Shown piece by piece: positions 24,765 to 38,269 of a DNA stretch of 46,985 nt. Source of the stretch: Bigelowiella natans CCMP2755 (taxonomy: Eukaryota; Protista; Cercozoa). The stretch lies in the NCBI GenBank assembly GCA_000320545.1, contig ADNK01002785.1, forward strand, positions 1-46,985, in the 5' to 3' direction. The position numbers and the translations under genes were made by a program. Numbering within the stretch: position 1 is the first letter of the stretch; each line of letters opens with the position of its first letter. The notes below the pieces were generated by a model. It had not been told where the DNA came from, made no database searches, and worked only from the letters and a program-made list of their open reading frames with translations.

Positions 24765-25483
24765 CACGCAGCCTCAAGGAGGGGAGGGGGGAAAGTTCGG
24801 CTCGAGCGACCAGATGAATGTAAACTCTTCGACTATGTCCTTGGATAATGAGCCCAGAGCCAATGAACCCCCCCCCCCCCTTTTATCGTCCTTAATGCCG
24901 TCCTTTCTGCTCGGTTGCAACGATGCTCTGGCAGGCAGGTGCTTGCCGAGTCGCCAGGTAAGACACATTCTTCCCGAGCTAGCTTCTTTATCGGCGATGG
25001 GACAGGTGAATTTTTAAGTAATTATTATTCGTAGGATGTCGTAGGTATAAACTACCAGCGATTTTTGTTCTTTTCCAAGAGGAAATATTAAAAGCTTTGT
25101 CTGAATCGAATCGCGACGCTCGAGCAGCCTTTCTTCCGAATCGTGCCTCCTCCCTCCCCTCTACATGCAGGGCTTGGATGTAGCTGGAGCTGGCCGATGG
25201 ATTCTTGACGTTGCCAAGGTAGCAGCCCACATGTATGCATAAGAGCACGGGAGCTACGACGGGTGCGAATGGGAAATGCGCGAGTTGCCTTTGCCTCGAT
25301 CTGATGTTCTACGGTGCTTTAATAGAGTGCAGGTGACGCCATCATCCCCAGCGCACCAGGCTCGACTGAGAAGGATAAAGATTTAAAGCGAGAGGATTCA
25401 AAGCTGTCTGCTGATGACCCAAATGCACTTCCGAAAGAGTCGTCCACCCCAAATGCATCACACACACACGAATAAAGGAAGGA

Positions 25484-25529
<46 letters not shown>

Positions 25530-25657
25530 CCTCTTCTACCCGCGATCGCACAGATCCGAATTATCCTCCGTATCCCCGACCCCCTTCCCTTTTTCTTGCT
25601 TCCAGTAACCACGATATTGTCTTGTTTGTTTGGCGGAAACTCATTGCTGTTGTTGTG

Positions 25658-26497
25658 ATGTCCATGAGCAGCCTTTCCGGGAGCCTTGAGCTCACCAAAG
25701 AGGAGTTTCAGAGACTTCAAGACCGCTTCTACATCACTAAAAGTAGGATTAAAAATCGCCCCGAGTCATGTCTTCGCATAAATGTCTTCTCGTTTCGCTA
25801 CTTTCATCGTAAGCAACCAGCATCGCCTTAGCACTCCTTTTCCTCTGTATATGTTTGAGAAGGCGAGAAGTTTCACTTGGAGGTTGAGTTGGCAGCAAGG
25901 AAATCCCATTTACGCACGGGTGATAGCAGTCACTTCGAACACATATACATTGTAAGGGCGCGGTGGAGCGAGCGAGCGAGCGAGCGAGAGAGAGAGAGAG
26001 AGAGAGAGAAATAGGGAGAGAGAGAGAGGCACGGATTGTCTTTTTATGGTAATTCTTTGATATCTACAAAGCCATGGAGAAGATTGCTGTGCAGAGAGCA
26101 GGAACAAGGAAAAGGTGGCCAGATACGAGACCCGATGCAACCGACACGTGTGTATTTCTTCAGTATATTCAATGAATCATCATCAACAATCAGGGATCTT
26201 CTTCTGAAGTCGCTGTTGGATCGATTGCATGGCGATCACTGCGACCCCGTCCTTACAGCTTTCGTACGTTTGTTAGTCTCCGTAGATAGACACGAAGATA
26301 GAAAACGAAGATAGACACGAAGATAGATAGCAGCAACATGAACCTTTGCCCGCATACATTCTTTCGCGAAGTTGGAATGAACGAGTTGGTTAGAGGCGAG
26401 AGAATAGAGAAGCGGTTGAGGATGAAAATCCGCATTACTGACACCATCATCGTCGTCGTGTCCAATCTCTTACTAGAGTCAAATCGTCGGTGTGTAA

Positions 26498-26537
<40 letters not shown>

Positions 26538-27689
26538 AATATACCGATTTTTCTAACCCCCCCCCCCTTTACGATCAGTGGCTCAAACGAGAAATCGATG
26601 GTATCCGAACTGAAGAGGAGGGGAAGGACGAGGGAAGCAGCAGCAAAGAGGCCGAAGAACCCGCGGAAGATATTGACGAGCAGGTTATATATATTGCCTA
26701 TATTATTGATGTCATGATAGCTCAAACGCTCTCTCCCGCCTTCTTTCTTACACAAGCTACCTGCCATCCTCCCGCACCTGCAGGAGAGGGAGGAAGGGAA
26801 AGCTGCTGCTGCTGCTGAAGTAACCACACCGAGCAGCAGCACCCGGGATCGATAGAAGATCTTAGAACTGTCCCGAGACTTGCAGAATCTTACAGATGTT
26901 CCAGATGTGTGCGGGAAAAGAGGGCGAAGCGAGAACAGCAGCTCGAGTGCCTTGGCAGCATCGAAGGTCAATTAGCCAGTGAGGGTCATTAAATTAGATT
27001 ATAGGGTGAAAACAGCGATGTCTTTCCGTCCAGCGTCGACACGGCCTTATACCGTCCGTTAATATTTCTTCTTCGGAGTAAAGCAGGCCAGAATCAAACC
27101 CCTTCTGTATCGTCATTCATCATCATCACGCACACAACGCACACAAAGCACACGTATCATCCTACTATATAGCCCCGCCCCTCCGCGGCGAAGCTACAAT
27201 GGCAGCTAGAGGCCAAGTCCAAACTGCTAACCAAAGCGGCGACAAAGATCTCTGGCCTCGATGATCGTCTCACCGACGTGCTCTTCGTCAACGAAATGCT
27301 GCTGAATAGCGTCCGCGCCAAGGACCTCACGATCGAGCACCTCACTAACGTCGTTGCGCGGAGCAAGCTACTCACGGATGAGAAGTAATAGTATTGAAAT
27401 ATTAACATACCTAGTGAAGGAGGAATAATTCGTGGATCGGCTGTTCCTGATGATAGCAACCCTGTCACGCGCCATTGCAATGTTATTCATATGACCTCGC
27501 CTTAGCGATTCACCGGCGCACACATCCATGCTAGTTATCGTATAAGATCAAGATTTATTGTCCCTCGGAGGAGGAAAAAGTCTCCGGCCGATCCCCACTG
27601 CCCTCTACCAATATCTCAGCGAAGAGAGTCGGGGAATATGAACATGCGCACCAAATTCGCAACCACAATCTTGATGCTAGCGTTCGTCA

Positions 27690-27733
<44 letters not shown>

Positions 27734-29663
27734 ATTGTTATTATAGTTGTTGTTGATGATGTTGATTCGTCGCCTCGTCAGGGCCGCACTGATCGAGTTT
27801 GTGGCGCAGCAGCAGAAAGACGAAAGAACCATCCGCCAGCTCAGGGGAAAGGCACGCACATCGTCGCTGCTCCTCAAGAAGGCCTCCGAGCGCATGAGGG
27901 AGCTGAAGAGGAAGTTGAGGAGGAAAGATACTTCCACGAATGATCCTGCGACATCCAAAATCGTGACAGCTTCTTCTTTAGCAGACGATGGCGTATCAGC
28001 TGAGGAGGGGAGGGGCAAGAGTCACGAGAAGCTGCTTCAAGATAATAGCGAGGAGTTGGAGAGATCAGGAAAGCGGAGGGATGGGGAGGGAAAGCAGGCT
28101 GGTGATAACAGAGAACAGGATGCGACAAGGACGACAAGAACAACGATGATGCTCAAGAACACGGAGGGCAAGATAGATGCTGTTGAAGAACTAGCTTGCG
28201 ACAAGCCCTCACCCCTTCAATCCACCATGGAGAGAAAGAGAGAGGGTGGGAAGGGGTGGGGGCAGAGCGTGAAATGTGCGAGCTACACGCCTGAGCAGAA
28301 TGAAAGTCAACGACAACTGCAAGTGAAACTGCAGCAGCAGAAGGAGGAGGATGAGAAAAAGGAGGAGGAGGATGAGGAGGAGGAGAAGCAGCGGCAAGCA
28401 GATGTTACTGAGATATTGGTGCGTATGCAGCGCCGATACGACGACATGCTCTATGACCGTACTGCGCAGGTACGACTACAGCTATTTAGAAGTTTTTAGT
28501 TTGAGAGGCCACTCGCTTCTACTAACCCCTCCGCCTCCTCCTCATCGTCCTCCTTATCGTTCTCCTTCTCATCGTCCTCCTCCTCCTCCTCCACCTCTTC
28601 AGATTCGCGCTCAGAGCCGCCAGATTAAGTCGCTTAAGACCCAGCTTCGGAAGCTGCTTTCAATGGAGAATGTGAATAGGACTAGCTCCCCCCAAACAAA
28701 CTCCAAGCGACAGCAGAAGGGGGAAGCGGACCCGGTAAAAACCGATATTAACGGTAATGACGACGTCGCCGGCGAAGAGAATGTTACTTCTGATGGCGCT
28801 GGTGGTAGTGGTGAAGCATCTCCTCCCAGGCAGGAAATAAACCGCAACCGCGACGAAGAGAAGAAGATAAAAACGACGGCCTGGAGGGGGGCGGAGGAGG
28901 TGGCGCAAGAAAGCATAGATCACAACATGAAAAAACTGGAATTTAAGCAGCAAGAGAAAGAAGAGGGGGGGGGAGAAGAGGGGGGGGCGATGCAGGAACA
29001 GAAGTCCAGACATGATCATCCTCATTCCCGAGTCAAGTCTCCAACAGCACCAAGCTCAACGCCTCCTCCCATCCCTACAAGCAGCCAAACAGCGGCAGAG
29101 AAGGAAGCTAAGAAAGAGAAGAAGGGGAAGAAAAAGAAGGAGAAGAGGAAGAAGGAGAAGGAAAGCGTGGGAGGAGGCGGCCATTCGCATCAGATGTCAT
29201 CCTCCTTCCCCCCCCCCTCATCGTCGTCATCACCGTCATCATGGTATGCTTCGAAGAAGAGGGTGGTATTTGCGGGCAGCGTTAGCTTAGTTCCTATTGG
29301 CGATGATGATGATCCCGATAGCCGCAGCACTGCCTCTGGTAGAGGCATCAGCCGTCGCGCGGGCAAGAGCATCAACAGCATCCTTCGCTTCATCACAGGG
29401 GCGCTTCCAGGGGAGCAGCTCCGATACTTGGTCCTGCGAGTCGTGCTGTTGTTGTTATTGTTGTGCAATTCCATTCATAATCCTTTTTCCTCGTGGTGTG
29501 ACGTGTCGTTGGTATGTGGGGGCACATGCATGGGTGCGGACAGTGAAGATGTGGGGAAGGGGTTCGGTAGCTTTTACTTTTATGGTTGTATCTTTGGCTC
29601 GAGGCGAGAGAGGAAGCGAGACGGGGAGGGGGGGGTGGAGAAAGAGTGCGATATTAATAATAC

Positions 29664-29706
<43 letters not shown>

Positions 29707-30917
29707 GTCTGAGAGAGAGAGTGAGTGAGAGAGAGAGAGGGGAGATCTATGAGTAAATACATCATTTGTTTTCGAACCATAATCACCATCACCCACCTCT
29801 TAATCCAACACTCGATATATCCGTACCACAGGTGCTCCGCTTCCACAGCTTGGAGCTGTACACCTCCAAGAGAGCCTTCGACTCAGGAAGTCCCCCATTG
29901 CAGACCTTGCCGCTCTTGAGTCGAGGGAGAGGTGCTACTGGCAATGATAACGATGACGACGATGAGGGCGATGATGATCACGACAATACCGAGAAAGACA
30001 TCCTCCACCAGCACATAGACGCTGTTTCAAAGAACACAGGCAGCAACCAAAGGCAGCACGATACGAATGCAAGCAAACTGCAGCTGCTACATGTCGCCCG
30101 CGTAAAGGCGATGGTGATGCGGCGCCGCTTTCCTGAGAATAGTGGTAGGAGGCCGTTGGGCGCGACGATGAGCATGAAGACTAGCATCGGTGAGAAAGGA
30201 GGAAATAGAAGCAGTGAGAAGCTGGGGAAAACGCGTGGTAGGAAAGAATCTCACGATGGTAGCCGCATTATTAAGGGAGAGGATAAGTACGCGTGCCTTC
30301 AGATCACATCCGCAGGGAGGAGATGGCGTCTTTTCACGAGGAGCTATAGAGAGGCCCAGCAGTGGGATGCATGCATCAATCTCCATCTCGAGAGGGTAAT
30401 GCTCACGCAGCAGCAGCACGAGCAGCAGTGCAAGAAGAAGGAGAATGGGAAGGATGATTTGTACATTATTAGCGACGAAGAAAGTACAGAAGACAGATGC
30501 AGAAACGCGGAAGAGAGAACAGCACGCGCTCTTTGTGCAGGTAGAGCAGGAAAAGACGACAGGAGAGAGACGAAGAAAACAAGAGTTGGTAAGCGTGTAG
30601 GAGGACGAGGAGGAGGAGGAGGAGGAGGAGGAGGAGGAGGAGGAGGAGGAAGTGACAGCGGTGGCCAAGGCTTTTTATTTCATATTTCATCTGCGTTAAG
30701 TGAAGAAGAGGCGAAAAAGACCAGCCCTTCTGCATCGAAGAGAAGGCTATCAGAGCTGCATGAAAAAAATCCTTTTCAGCGTAGATTCACGCTATTACAT
30801 AGTGGTAGAGAATCGGGCACGCATGGTGGCAGCGAGACAGCTGATGTTTCAGCTGCAATTACAATAGTGAGGGAAGATGGTAAAGGCGTCGAGCTGGACG
30901 ATGGTGGTGGATGGTAG
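25658..30917 (+). CDS. Large spliced coiled-coil / low-complexity protein with a split PH-like domain near the C-terminus
   Basis: N-terminal LTKEEFQRLQ and coiled-coil exons (ORFs 27747-28499, 28351-29712). PH-like pieces RYL|VLRFHSLELYTS and CLQITSAGRRWRLFTRSYREAQQWDACINLHL lie in ORF 29766-30917. The internal exon structure is only partly resolved. Confidence 0.6.
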
Positions 30918-31079
30918 AAATGAAAGAAAGAATTAGTGCCCAAGTAGACAGAGATTGGTGGATGGAATAATGAAAGCAATAAATATGAAGAAACAGTGAG
31001 CATCCGTAGCAGATGGCGATGATGGTGGAAATGTAACTGTGCAGCGAAAACAAAAATGATGGTGATCACATTGTGCTTT

Positions 31080-32460
31080 CTAGCAATCTAGCAATGTGCT
31101 TCTCACACAAATTAGTACATCATTTTGCCACAATGAACGCGTTTTTGTTTACATGTGTGCATCGCTAGATCGCTACGTGCACTGTAGCTACGTACAAATG
31201 TGCATTGTGCATTCGATCTGCGCTGCACGTGCATGTGTGCTTTGTTTGTGCCTAATGCAGGCTACGCACACATGTGTAGAGGAGTCTGAATGTGCATGTC
31301 TAGATGCATCGCTGTGTGCATGATGCATGAGTCTAGAAAATTTTCAAGCGAGGTCTGGCTACAGAGGAACTTCTAGACTGCACTAGCTAAGCTAGTGCGT
31401 GCGCACATTTGTGCCACCACTGCTAGACCATTGAATGAGTCACTGGGTGACGATCCAACTGTAACATCAAAGCGTGCAGTCGCACACATCTAGACATGCA
31501 TTCACTCGCACCACTAGACTAGACGCAGCTGCACGTCAAGATCTGCATGCTGGCTAGCAGGCTAGCAGGGGGCCCTGCCAACATTGGGCCATGCTAGCAT
31601 GCTAGCCTCTAGAGCCTGGCTACTGGCTGGCGGCTGGATGCATGTGATGGACCATTTTCAGAACTCCAAGAAAATGCCTTGCAAACAAATCTAGAAATGC
31701 TGGCCGCCTAGCCGCCTGCAACCGCATTGCTAGATTGTTCACCAGGCTAGCAGGTTCAGCTTGCTAGCTTGTTCGACTTGCTGGTTGTTGCACGTGGTTT
31801 GGCAATGACGAAGGTTGGCATCAGGGAAGCATGCTAGCATGTCCATCTAGCCATCCTAGGATGCTCATCTCTAGATCTAGCTAGCTAGTCTCATTGACAT
31901 GGACACCACAACAGCCATGGCTAGCTAGCTAGCACAGACCGCAAACAACTTCCCATCTAGCCATTGCCAAATTGTTGCACAATCTAGCAATGCCCATTGC
32001 ATCTGCAGTGTTCACAGCACAGCAGTCTAACAGTCTAGCAGTGCATCTCATGCATTTTTGTGAAATTTCAAAATCTTTTGCACTGTTGCTGAACTGGCAG
32101 AGCGACATGCATCAGCCATCAGGTTGGACAACGTTGCCAAATTGATGACCACAGAAACAGGGTCTACATGCATGGCTCTTGCTAGCGTGGCCATGCTAGC
32201 ATGCATGGGGTCGATTTTCAATTTGTTCCTCATCAGATCATCATTCCTGTTGTTCATCTCCAAATTTGGACCCATACGTCCGACGTGAGTGCATTCGTAG
32301 ATGCTAGGTACCAAAAACTGATGAGTGTTGACAATTGCCACACAATGAACGGAATCATGGCAATGTGATGGATGCTACACCATTTGAAAGATCTTCAAGA
32401 TGACAACATTCAGTTTTCGCTGTGATTTGAGATGAACAGTTGCAATCTCATGAAAATTAC
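31080..32460. other. TpA-depleted, CTAG-enriched degenerate intergenic DNA
   Basis: About 30 CTAG counted by eye in 31321-32220, with very few TA in any other context. Confidence 0.85.
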
Positions 32461-32474
32461 GCCGAACAGTGTCA

Positions 32475-33074
32475 CTAACAACTCATAACAAGATCCCTCT
32501 GCGCTTCAAATTCTAACTTCAGTGTGTAAATGGCCTCTTTGGAGGTACCACCAACGGATTCTCTGCCCATTTGTTGGTACAGAAATATTTTCTTCTCCTC
32601 AATGACAAGTCGATCTTCTGAGAGTAGCATTGATTTGATGATGTGTGCAATCGCAGCCCTTCTAAATGTACCTTCTGTGTGGTTTTGTAGTGCTAAGCTC
32701 AATAGGGTCAATCGCGACTTCGTTTTCATCCATTTATCCAGCTGTTCAATCACATCAACGGCTGCGTCGCGTACCCGAAAGTTTTTATGATGTAACGACA
32801 CGTTCACTATGACAGACCGCATCTCCATCATCATCTGACTACCCAGCTGTCCGATCGCATCAACGGCTGCTTTGCGTACACTGTAACTTTTATCACATAG
32901 TAATACGTTTACTAGAGCCGATTGCGTCTCCGTTGCCATCTGACTACCCAGCTGTCTGATCGCATCAACGGCTGCGTCGCGTACCAAAGAATATTCATCA
33001 TGTAGTGATACGTTTACTAGGACATACTGCATCTCCGTTGTCATCTGACTACCCAGCTGTCCGATCGCATCAAC
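32475..33074 (-). pseudogene. 5'-truncated HEAT-repeat gene fragment with 105-bp (35-aa) tandem repeats
   Basis: Units start at 32727, 32832, 32937 and 33042 (catctgactacccagctgt...). The translation repeats VRDAAVDAIxQLGSQMxTExQxxLVNVxLxD. Repeat similarity stops mid-unit at 33074. Confidence 0.75.
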
Positions 33075-33153
33075 TCTAGATCTGGCAATGACGCACGCCT
33101 CCAGGTCTGGCTAGCTGGACGTGCTGTCTTGTTCAGCTGCAGAGCGCTAGAGC

Positions 33154-33188
<35 letters not shown>

Positions 33189-33660
33189 CAAGACCAGGCT
33201 AGCAGAAGACCTCAATCGAGACATCGGGAGATCGCTCGGCTGGATCGGGTTGCGGGTGCTTCTTGAAATTGTCGCCGATCTGGAGATGCAAACTTTCACA
33301 GCTATCTCTTGTTAGCTAGCTGGCTTTCCAGCTTTCTAGCTTTGTTGAAAAGTCATCGAAGACTTCCCTGGTTGTTCTCCAGAAACGTTGTGAGCACAGT
33401 TCTGGAGCCACTCCAGAACCCTAGCTAGGTTCCAACCAGACAAGTCTAGCTAGCTAGCTAGCTAGCAGTGCAGCTAGCTGGACCTAGCTGCTGGCCAGCC
33501 TGCTTAGCTAGTAGATCTAGAGAGCTAGAGAGCTTGACTTCATTGAAAACTGACTTCTGTGATGCTGGAATGCTTAGAATGGTCGCAACACCACTAGCTA
33601 GCTAGCTAGACCACTGAACTAGCAGCTAGGTCATGCTGGAAACCCTAGAACCGACGGCCA
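33075..33660. other. TpA-depleted, CTAG-enriched DNA with (CTAG)n arrays
   Basis: About 25 CTAG in ~580 bp, including (CTAG)5 near 33447 and (CTAG)4 near 33594. Confidence 0.85.
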
Positions 33661-34008
33661 CCAACCCAATAAGATGCTGTTGTCGTGCACGCAAAAAGCC
33701 ACAGACATACTGGAGCGTATTCTAGTGTTGCTAGATTGGATGAACCGCATTTCTCTCAATTGATGTTTTGTGCACGAAGAATGACAATTTGTGCAGTATT
33801 TTTGTCTCGCTGATGTTAATTTGTGATAACATTTTTTTCCCATTTGAAGGGTTATACGGCACGCATGCATGTCTGTGGTGTCGCAATGCACAATGCACTT
33901 CGAAAGCTCTTTCTACTAGGGTGTTCCTCATGGTTCCAGCATCAAGGAATGCGGGCTGCTGGCCCACCTTCTCCTCCTTGCGCTGGAACATGGAAGTAAT
34001 CATTGCCA

Positions 34009-37000
34009 TCACACTGATTCTTTCTTCTCTACACCGCTGGCCTTCTTGGGCTTCTCGAAGGCACAGCAGCAGCAGCACACTTCCTCTACGACATCGTCCA
34101 GGGCGCTCTTGTCCTCTTCCTTCACCACGCCCTTCTCGCCCGGCGCCGCGCCCTCCTGGAAGGCGGTGTCGAAGTCCCACACCTTGACCTTCTCCCCGCG
34201 TCCGTCTGCGGACGATAGGTAACAGCGAGAAAATGATAAGTGAAGGGACGAGTTTAGTTTCACAGATGAACCGAAAACATAGATTTGTAGAGAGGAAAAT
34301 TATTAATTAAAATATATTCCATGAATCCGCACACAAAAACACACACACACACACACGCGCACACACACACACTATCCGTTGAAAGGAAACATCTTGCGAC
34401 GACGATCATAAGATGACATTTTGATGACATGCGAGTAATGTAGAACGGAAAACCTTGGTCTCGTGGCGCCATAGGAGGAGCGACGCCTGCCCAATTTACC
34501 TACCCATCGTACGATAATACTTCAACTTTCATACTTGCACATATAATATATTTATATTTAATATTACGCCAATATATTTAACTGTTTCTATGAAGTGCAA
34601 AGCTGAGTTCTTGATGAAGTACAGTAATCAATGCAAGAATATGTATGTTGACGATGGGGAAGAGGTAGAATAGTGACATTTTTTACCCTCATCGGAGCTG
34701 TGCCTCCCCCACTCCTAGCCCATAAGTAGCCACCTGCATTCACCTCTAAGAAAGGGGGCGAATAATAAGGGGGAAATATTAGAAACAGGGGGGCGAAGGG
34801 TACTCTCTTTCAAAACATCGCCTATTCTAGATGTTACTATCATCATTATTCTTATTCTTCTTCTTATAATTATTAGTAGTTGTAGTATTGCGAGCCCTCG
34901 TCCATATCTTCTTCGAAGGCCCAAACTAGCTCTATTCTCACCTTTCCATTTTTTCTTGTTAAAGGCCGGCTCGACGGGATGTTCCGCTGCTGCAGCCGAG
35001 ACGGGTGTCGGCACGGGTGGGGGCGGTGCCACCTGGACAAAGGAAGAATGATGATGATGATGACGATGACGATGACGATGACGATGATCCCTTCCACAAA
35101 TTCGAGGGAGTGGTAGCAGCTGCATCATATCTCTACCTTCTTCTTCTTCAACAGTGCGGGTTTGTAGTCCAAGAGAGCAAGAAGGCTACATGCAAACACG
35201 ACAATGATTATGACCATTACACAACAGCGTTCGAAAAACATTTTAAATCGTAGAAACGATAAAAAAAAAATGTCTTTCTACCTCAAGAGCAGGAGCGCAG
35301 GAATGACGGCGCCATAGAGAGCAAAAGCAGCTCGCACGTCAGGGCTGTATCAATTGGTAACAACAACAAAATCCAAAACAAAAATCACAATCAACCAATT
35401 AAATATATTCGTACATGTAGGAGGAGCAAAATGCCTACATCGGATCAAAGCAGTCGTTGATATCGCTGACGAAACGGAAGATCGGCCCGATTGAAGAGCC
35501 ATCCCCCCCAGAGAAACTTACTCCATTGTCAACGCTTACAGCGACACGTGCATTTCCTGTTCGAGTGACGTTGGCGGAGCGGCATCGTAAGGAGCTTTCA
35601 GTTAGAGCGTTGGCTTCGCTGATCTGTGTGAGGGAGGAAAGGGGGGGGGGGGGGATGGAGAGAAAGTTCAAGAGGATTTGTCGATAAAAATCGAAGGAGA
35701 GTATATGACGATTCTTAATTGTTAATAGTCTCTCCTCTTTCCGCATATTAGAGCTGATGGCTTGGTGACATGCACTTACGAAGGTCTCGCCGTTGTCTTC
35801 GAACGTGTAGCGGCACTGCAGCATCTCGTCCCCGTTGAGGCTTAGGCTATCCAGAGGTTGGTTCATGATCATGGTGAAGAGGATAGGTGAATGGGGGGGG
35901 AAGAATATCAGCAAATATCTTGAGTAAGTCGAAAATATTGTAAGTGCAATGCAGTTCGCATCGACTAGCATCGATAGTTTGTATTTACAATAACACACCC
36001 ACCCCCCTCCCCTCCCGCCTCCCGCCCTTCCCCTTCTCGGCTATACCTGCCGTTGACAATGATTTCAGTATCTCCCGTTCCACAGTTGACGCTGATGGCG
36101 GTGATATTCACGCAGTTGCTCGCGTTGTTGACGAAACGGAAGTTCAGCCCTCCGGCAAAGCTCCTCCCATCTCTGCTTACCTCCACCAGAGCGTTTCCTG
36201 TCCTCGATGTGTTGCTGGGGCGCTGGCATCTGATCGCCTCGCCGCTGATGGGGTCGGCAGGGACCACCTGCAATTGTTTTGTGATGATGATGATGACGAT
36301 GATGATGATGATAATGACGACGATGATGATGACGATGACGATGAATGGTTATTTAAGGGGTGTTCTGCAAATAAAATAGACAACGTGAAGGTTAAAGTAG
36401 ATGGGAGGGGGGGGGGTCGAGTGCACACTTACAAAGCTTTCTCCGTCGTCGAATGTAAATTGGCATCGGAGCAAATCGTCGCCATCCAAGTTGCTGGTTG
36501 GGTCAGAAGCAGGTAGATGGGGAGAAGGGGGAGGGGCGGAGAGACAAATTGGTCAGGTTTTCAAATGGTATATAGAAGATTGTCGTCCATTAAGCGACAA
36601 ATTAGCCGTGTTGAGGGATAAATAAAAAAGCTTTCAATACTTCTGATGAAATTCAATTACATTTTGCTAAGTTTATTTTCAACAAATACGACAACATTGC
36701 TGCACGTGGGGATAAGGGGTAGAGGGGAGACAATGGGTTGCAGCTCTCACCTGCCATTAACTCTGATTACAGTGTCGCCTACACCGCAAACTTCACTAAG
36801 GCTTGTCGCGTTGATGCAGCTATCCAAGAGCAGCAGAATACACACACACACACACAGCATTAGTACTTTCCACAGAAAGGGCTGTGATAACAAATAGTCC
36901 TCCTGGAGAACCAAGAACTAACGGAAAAGGGAGAATGACGAGAAATGACGATAATGTTTTCGACGTGTGTTTTCACGTCGATCCTGTGGGTGGCATGTTG

Positions 37001-38269
37001 TTTTGGTAACTTCCAAGCTTCTCTTAACTCTCGTTCCGCGTTACCACAAGAGAGTTTGCACTCATAGCTACTCCCACGGCTCTCTTACTACCTCTGATCG
37101 GCTATGATCTGGGCGATATTCCCAAAATCGAAGTCAAGGGCTACGGCAAATGAGAACGTGGAGGTTGGCTGAGAGGCGATTTGCGCGAGCTGCGCAATGC
37201 CGTCAGGGTCATTCCTAATAGACAATGATAAAAAATATAAGTTCTATGAAGGTTATAGAGAATCCACCCCCCCTCCTCCCTGCCCCCCAATATGTTCGAT
37301 GGCTTACCCTATGAAGATTCCGAAGATCAACACACCGCTATCCCTCAGCTGCTGGGCTGCAAGGTTTTGGGCGGCCTGGGTTCCAGCATCCCCCCCTCCA
37401 TCACTGAAAATAACATGTAAATTCAGCAATCAACATTATTTTGGTAAAGCCGTGGTAGACAGAGAAAGAACACGCTTTGATGTGTATTATTGATTGCTAC
37501 TGCGTGTAGGAGGCATGAGATGTATCTATCTACCTCAGGAGGACAAGAGTCCTGGGCTCATCGTTCGGGAGGGTCGGATCGCTGAACAGCTCGATTGCTG
37601 AGTAGAATTGGTTAGGGGAGTAGGGATGGTTCGGCATGGGTGAGCATGATGAAAATCGCATGAAACTCATTGTTCGCCTATATCTTTCACCTTGCTGCAA
37701 AGCCAGATCTATCCTGGTGCCGCCGCCTCCATCGCGCTGCAAGACTTGCACCTGATCTGCCAAGCCAAGCCCATCGCTCGTGAAGTTAAATGGAAACTGG
37801 AGGCGTGGCACCGAGTCGAAGGTGAAAAGGCCGAACTGGCGGCTGTGGAGGGGGGGGGATGGCAGTAATGATACATTTAGCCAAATGTAAATGATAGTTC
37901 GCTGCTACATCAGGCTTCTCCAATGCACCACAACCAAGTTCAGAATGTTATATCTCTCACATGTCGATCCCGTTGAATGTATTTCGAATCACTTCCGCGC
38001 CAAAGTTGAGCTGATCCTGCGTGCGGAATGGTTTAGGGTTCGATCGATTGTTATGGTAATAGTATTGATAACATTTTAGCTGGCAGCATGAGAAGGAAAA
38101 ACGATGCAGTGTGAACCTGAAACCCGTCATCTTCAACGCTTCCAGATTCATCGATCACGAGCAGCATTTGTATGTTGCATTGCGCCTGCGGTTGACCGTA
38201 GATGGGAACGCACTGCAGCAAGCAGAAGAGACCGACGAGGAGAGAGCGAACCGGTAATCTGGACGCCAT
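34009..38269 (-). CDS. Type I membrane protein: signal peptide, vWA (MIDAS), two Ig/IPT-like repeats, TM, Pro-rich tail, poly-Cys; anthrax-toxin-receptor-like architecture
   Basis: Signal MASRLPVRSLLVGLFCLLQCVPIYG; vWA motifs LLVIDESGS, GGGTRIDLAL, RTLVLL|SDG and LIFGI; two repeats of C.FTF.DGE.F...RC.....RTGNA.V.VS.D.G.SF.GG; TM AAFALYGAVIPALLLLSLLALL; last exon ends at 34009. Confidence 0.85.

Noticed and set aside
26283-26330. 12-bp minisatellite (agatagacacga-like units)
   Set aside because: Short, ordinary low-complexity repeat inside a gene.
32727-33074. Regularly spaced repeats resembling a CRISPR array
   Set aside because: The period is 105 bp (35 codons), the intervening sequence is also homologous, and the whole translates as HEAT repeats.
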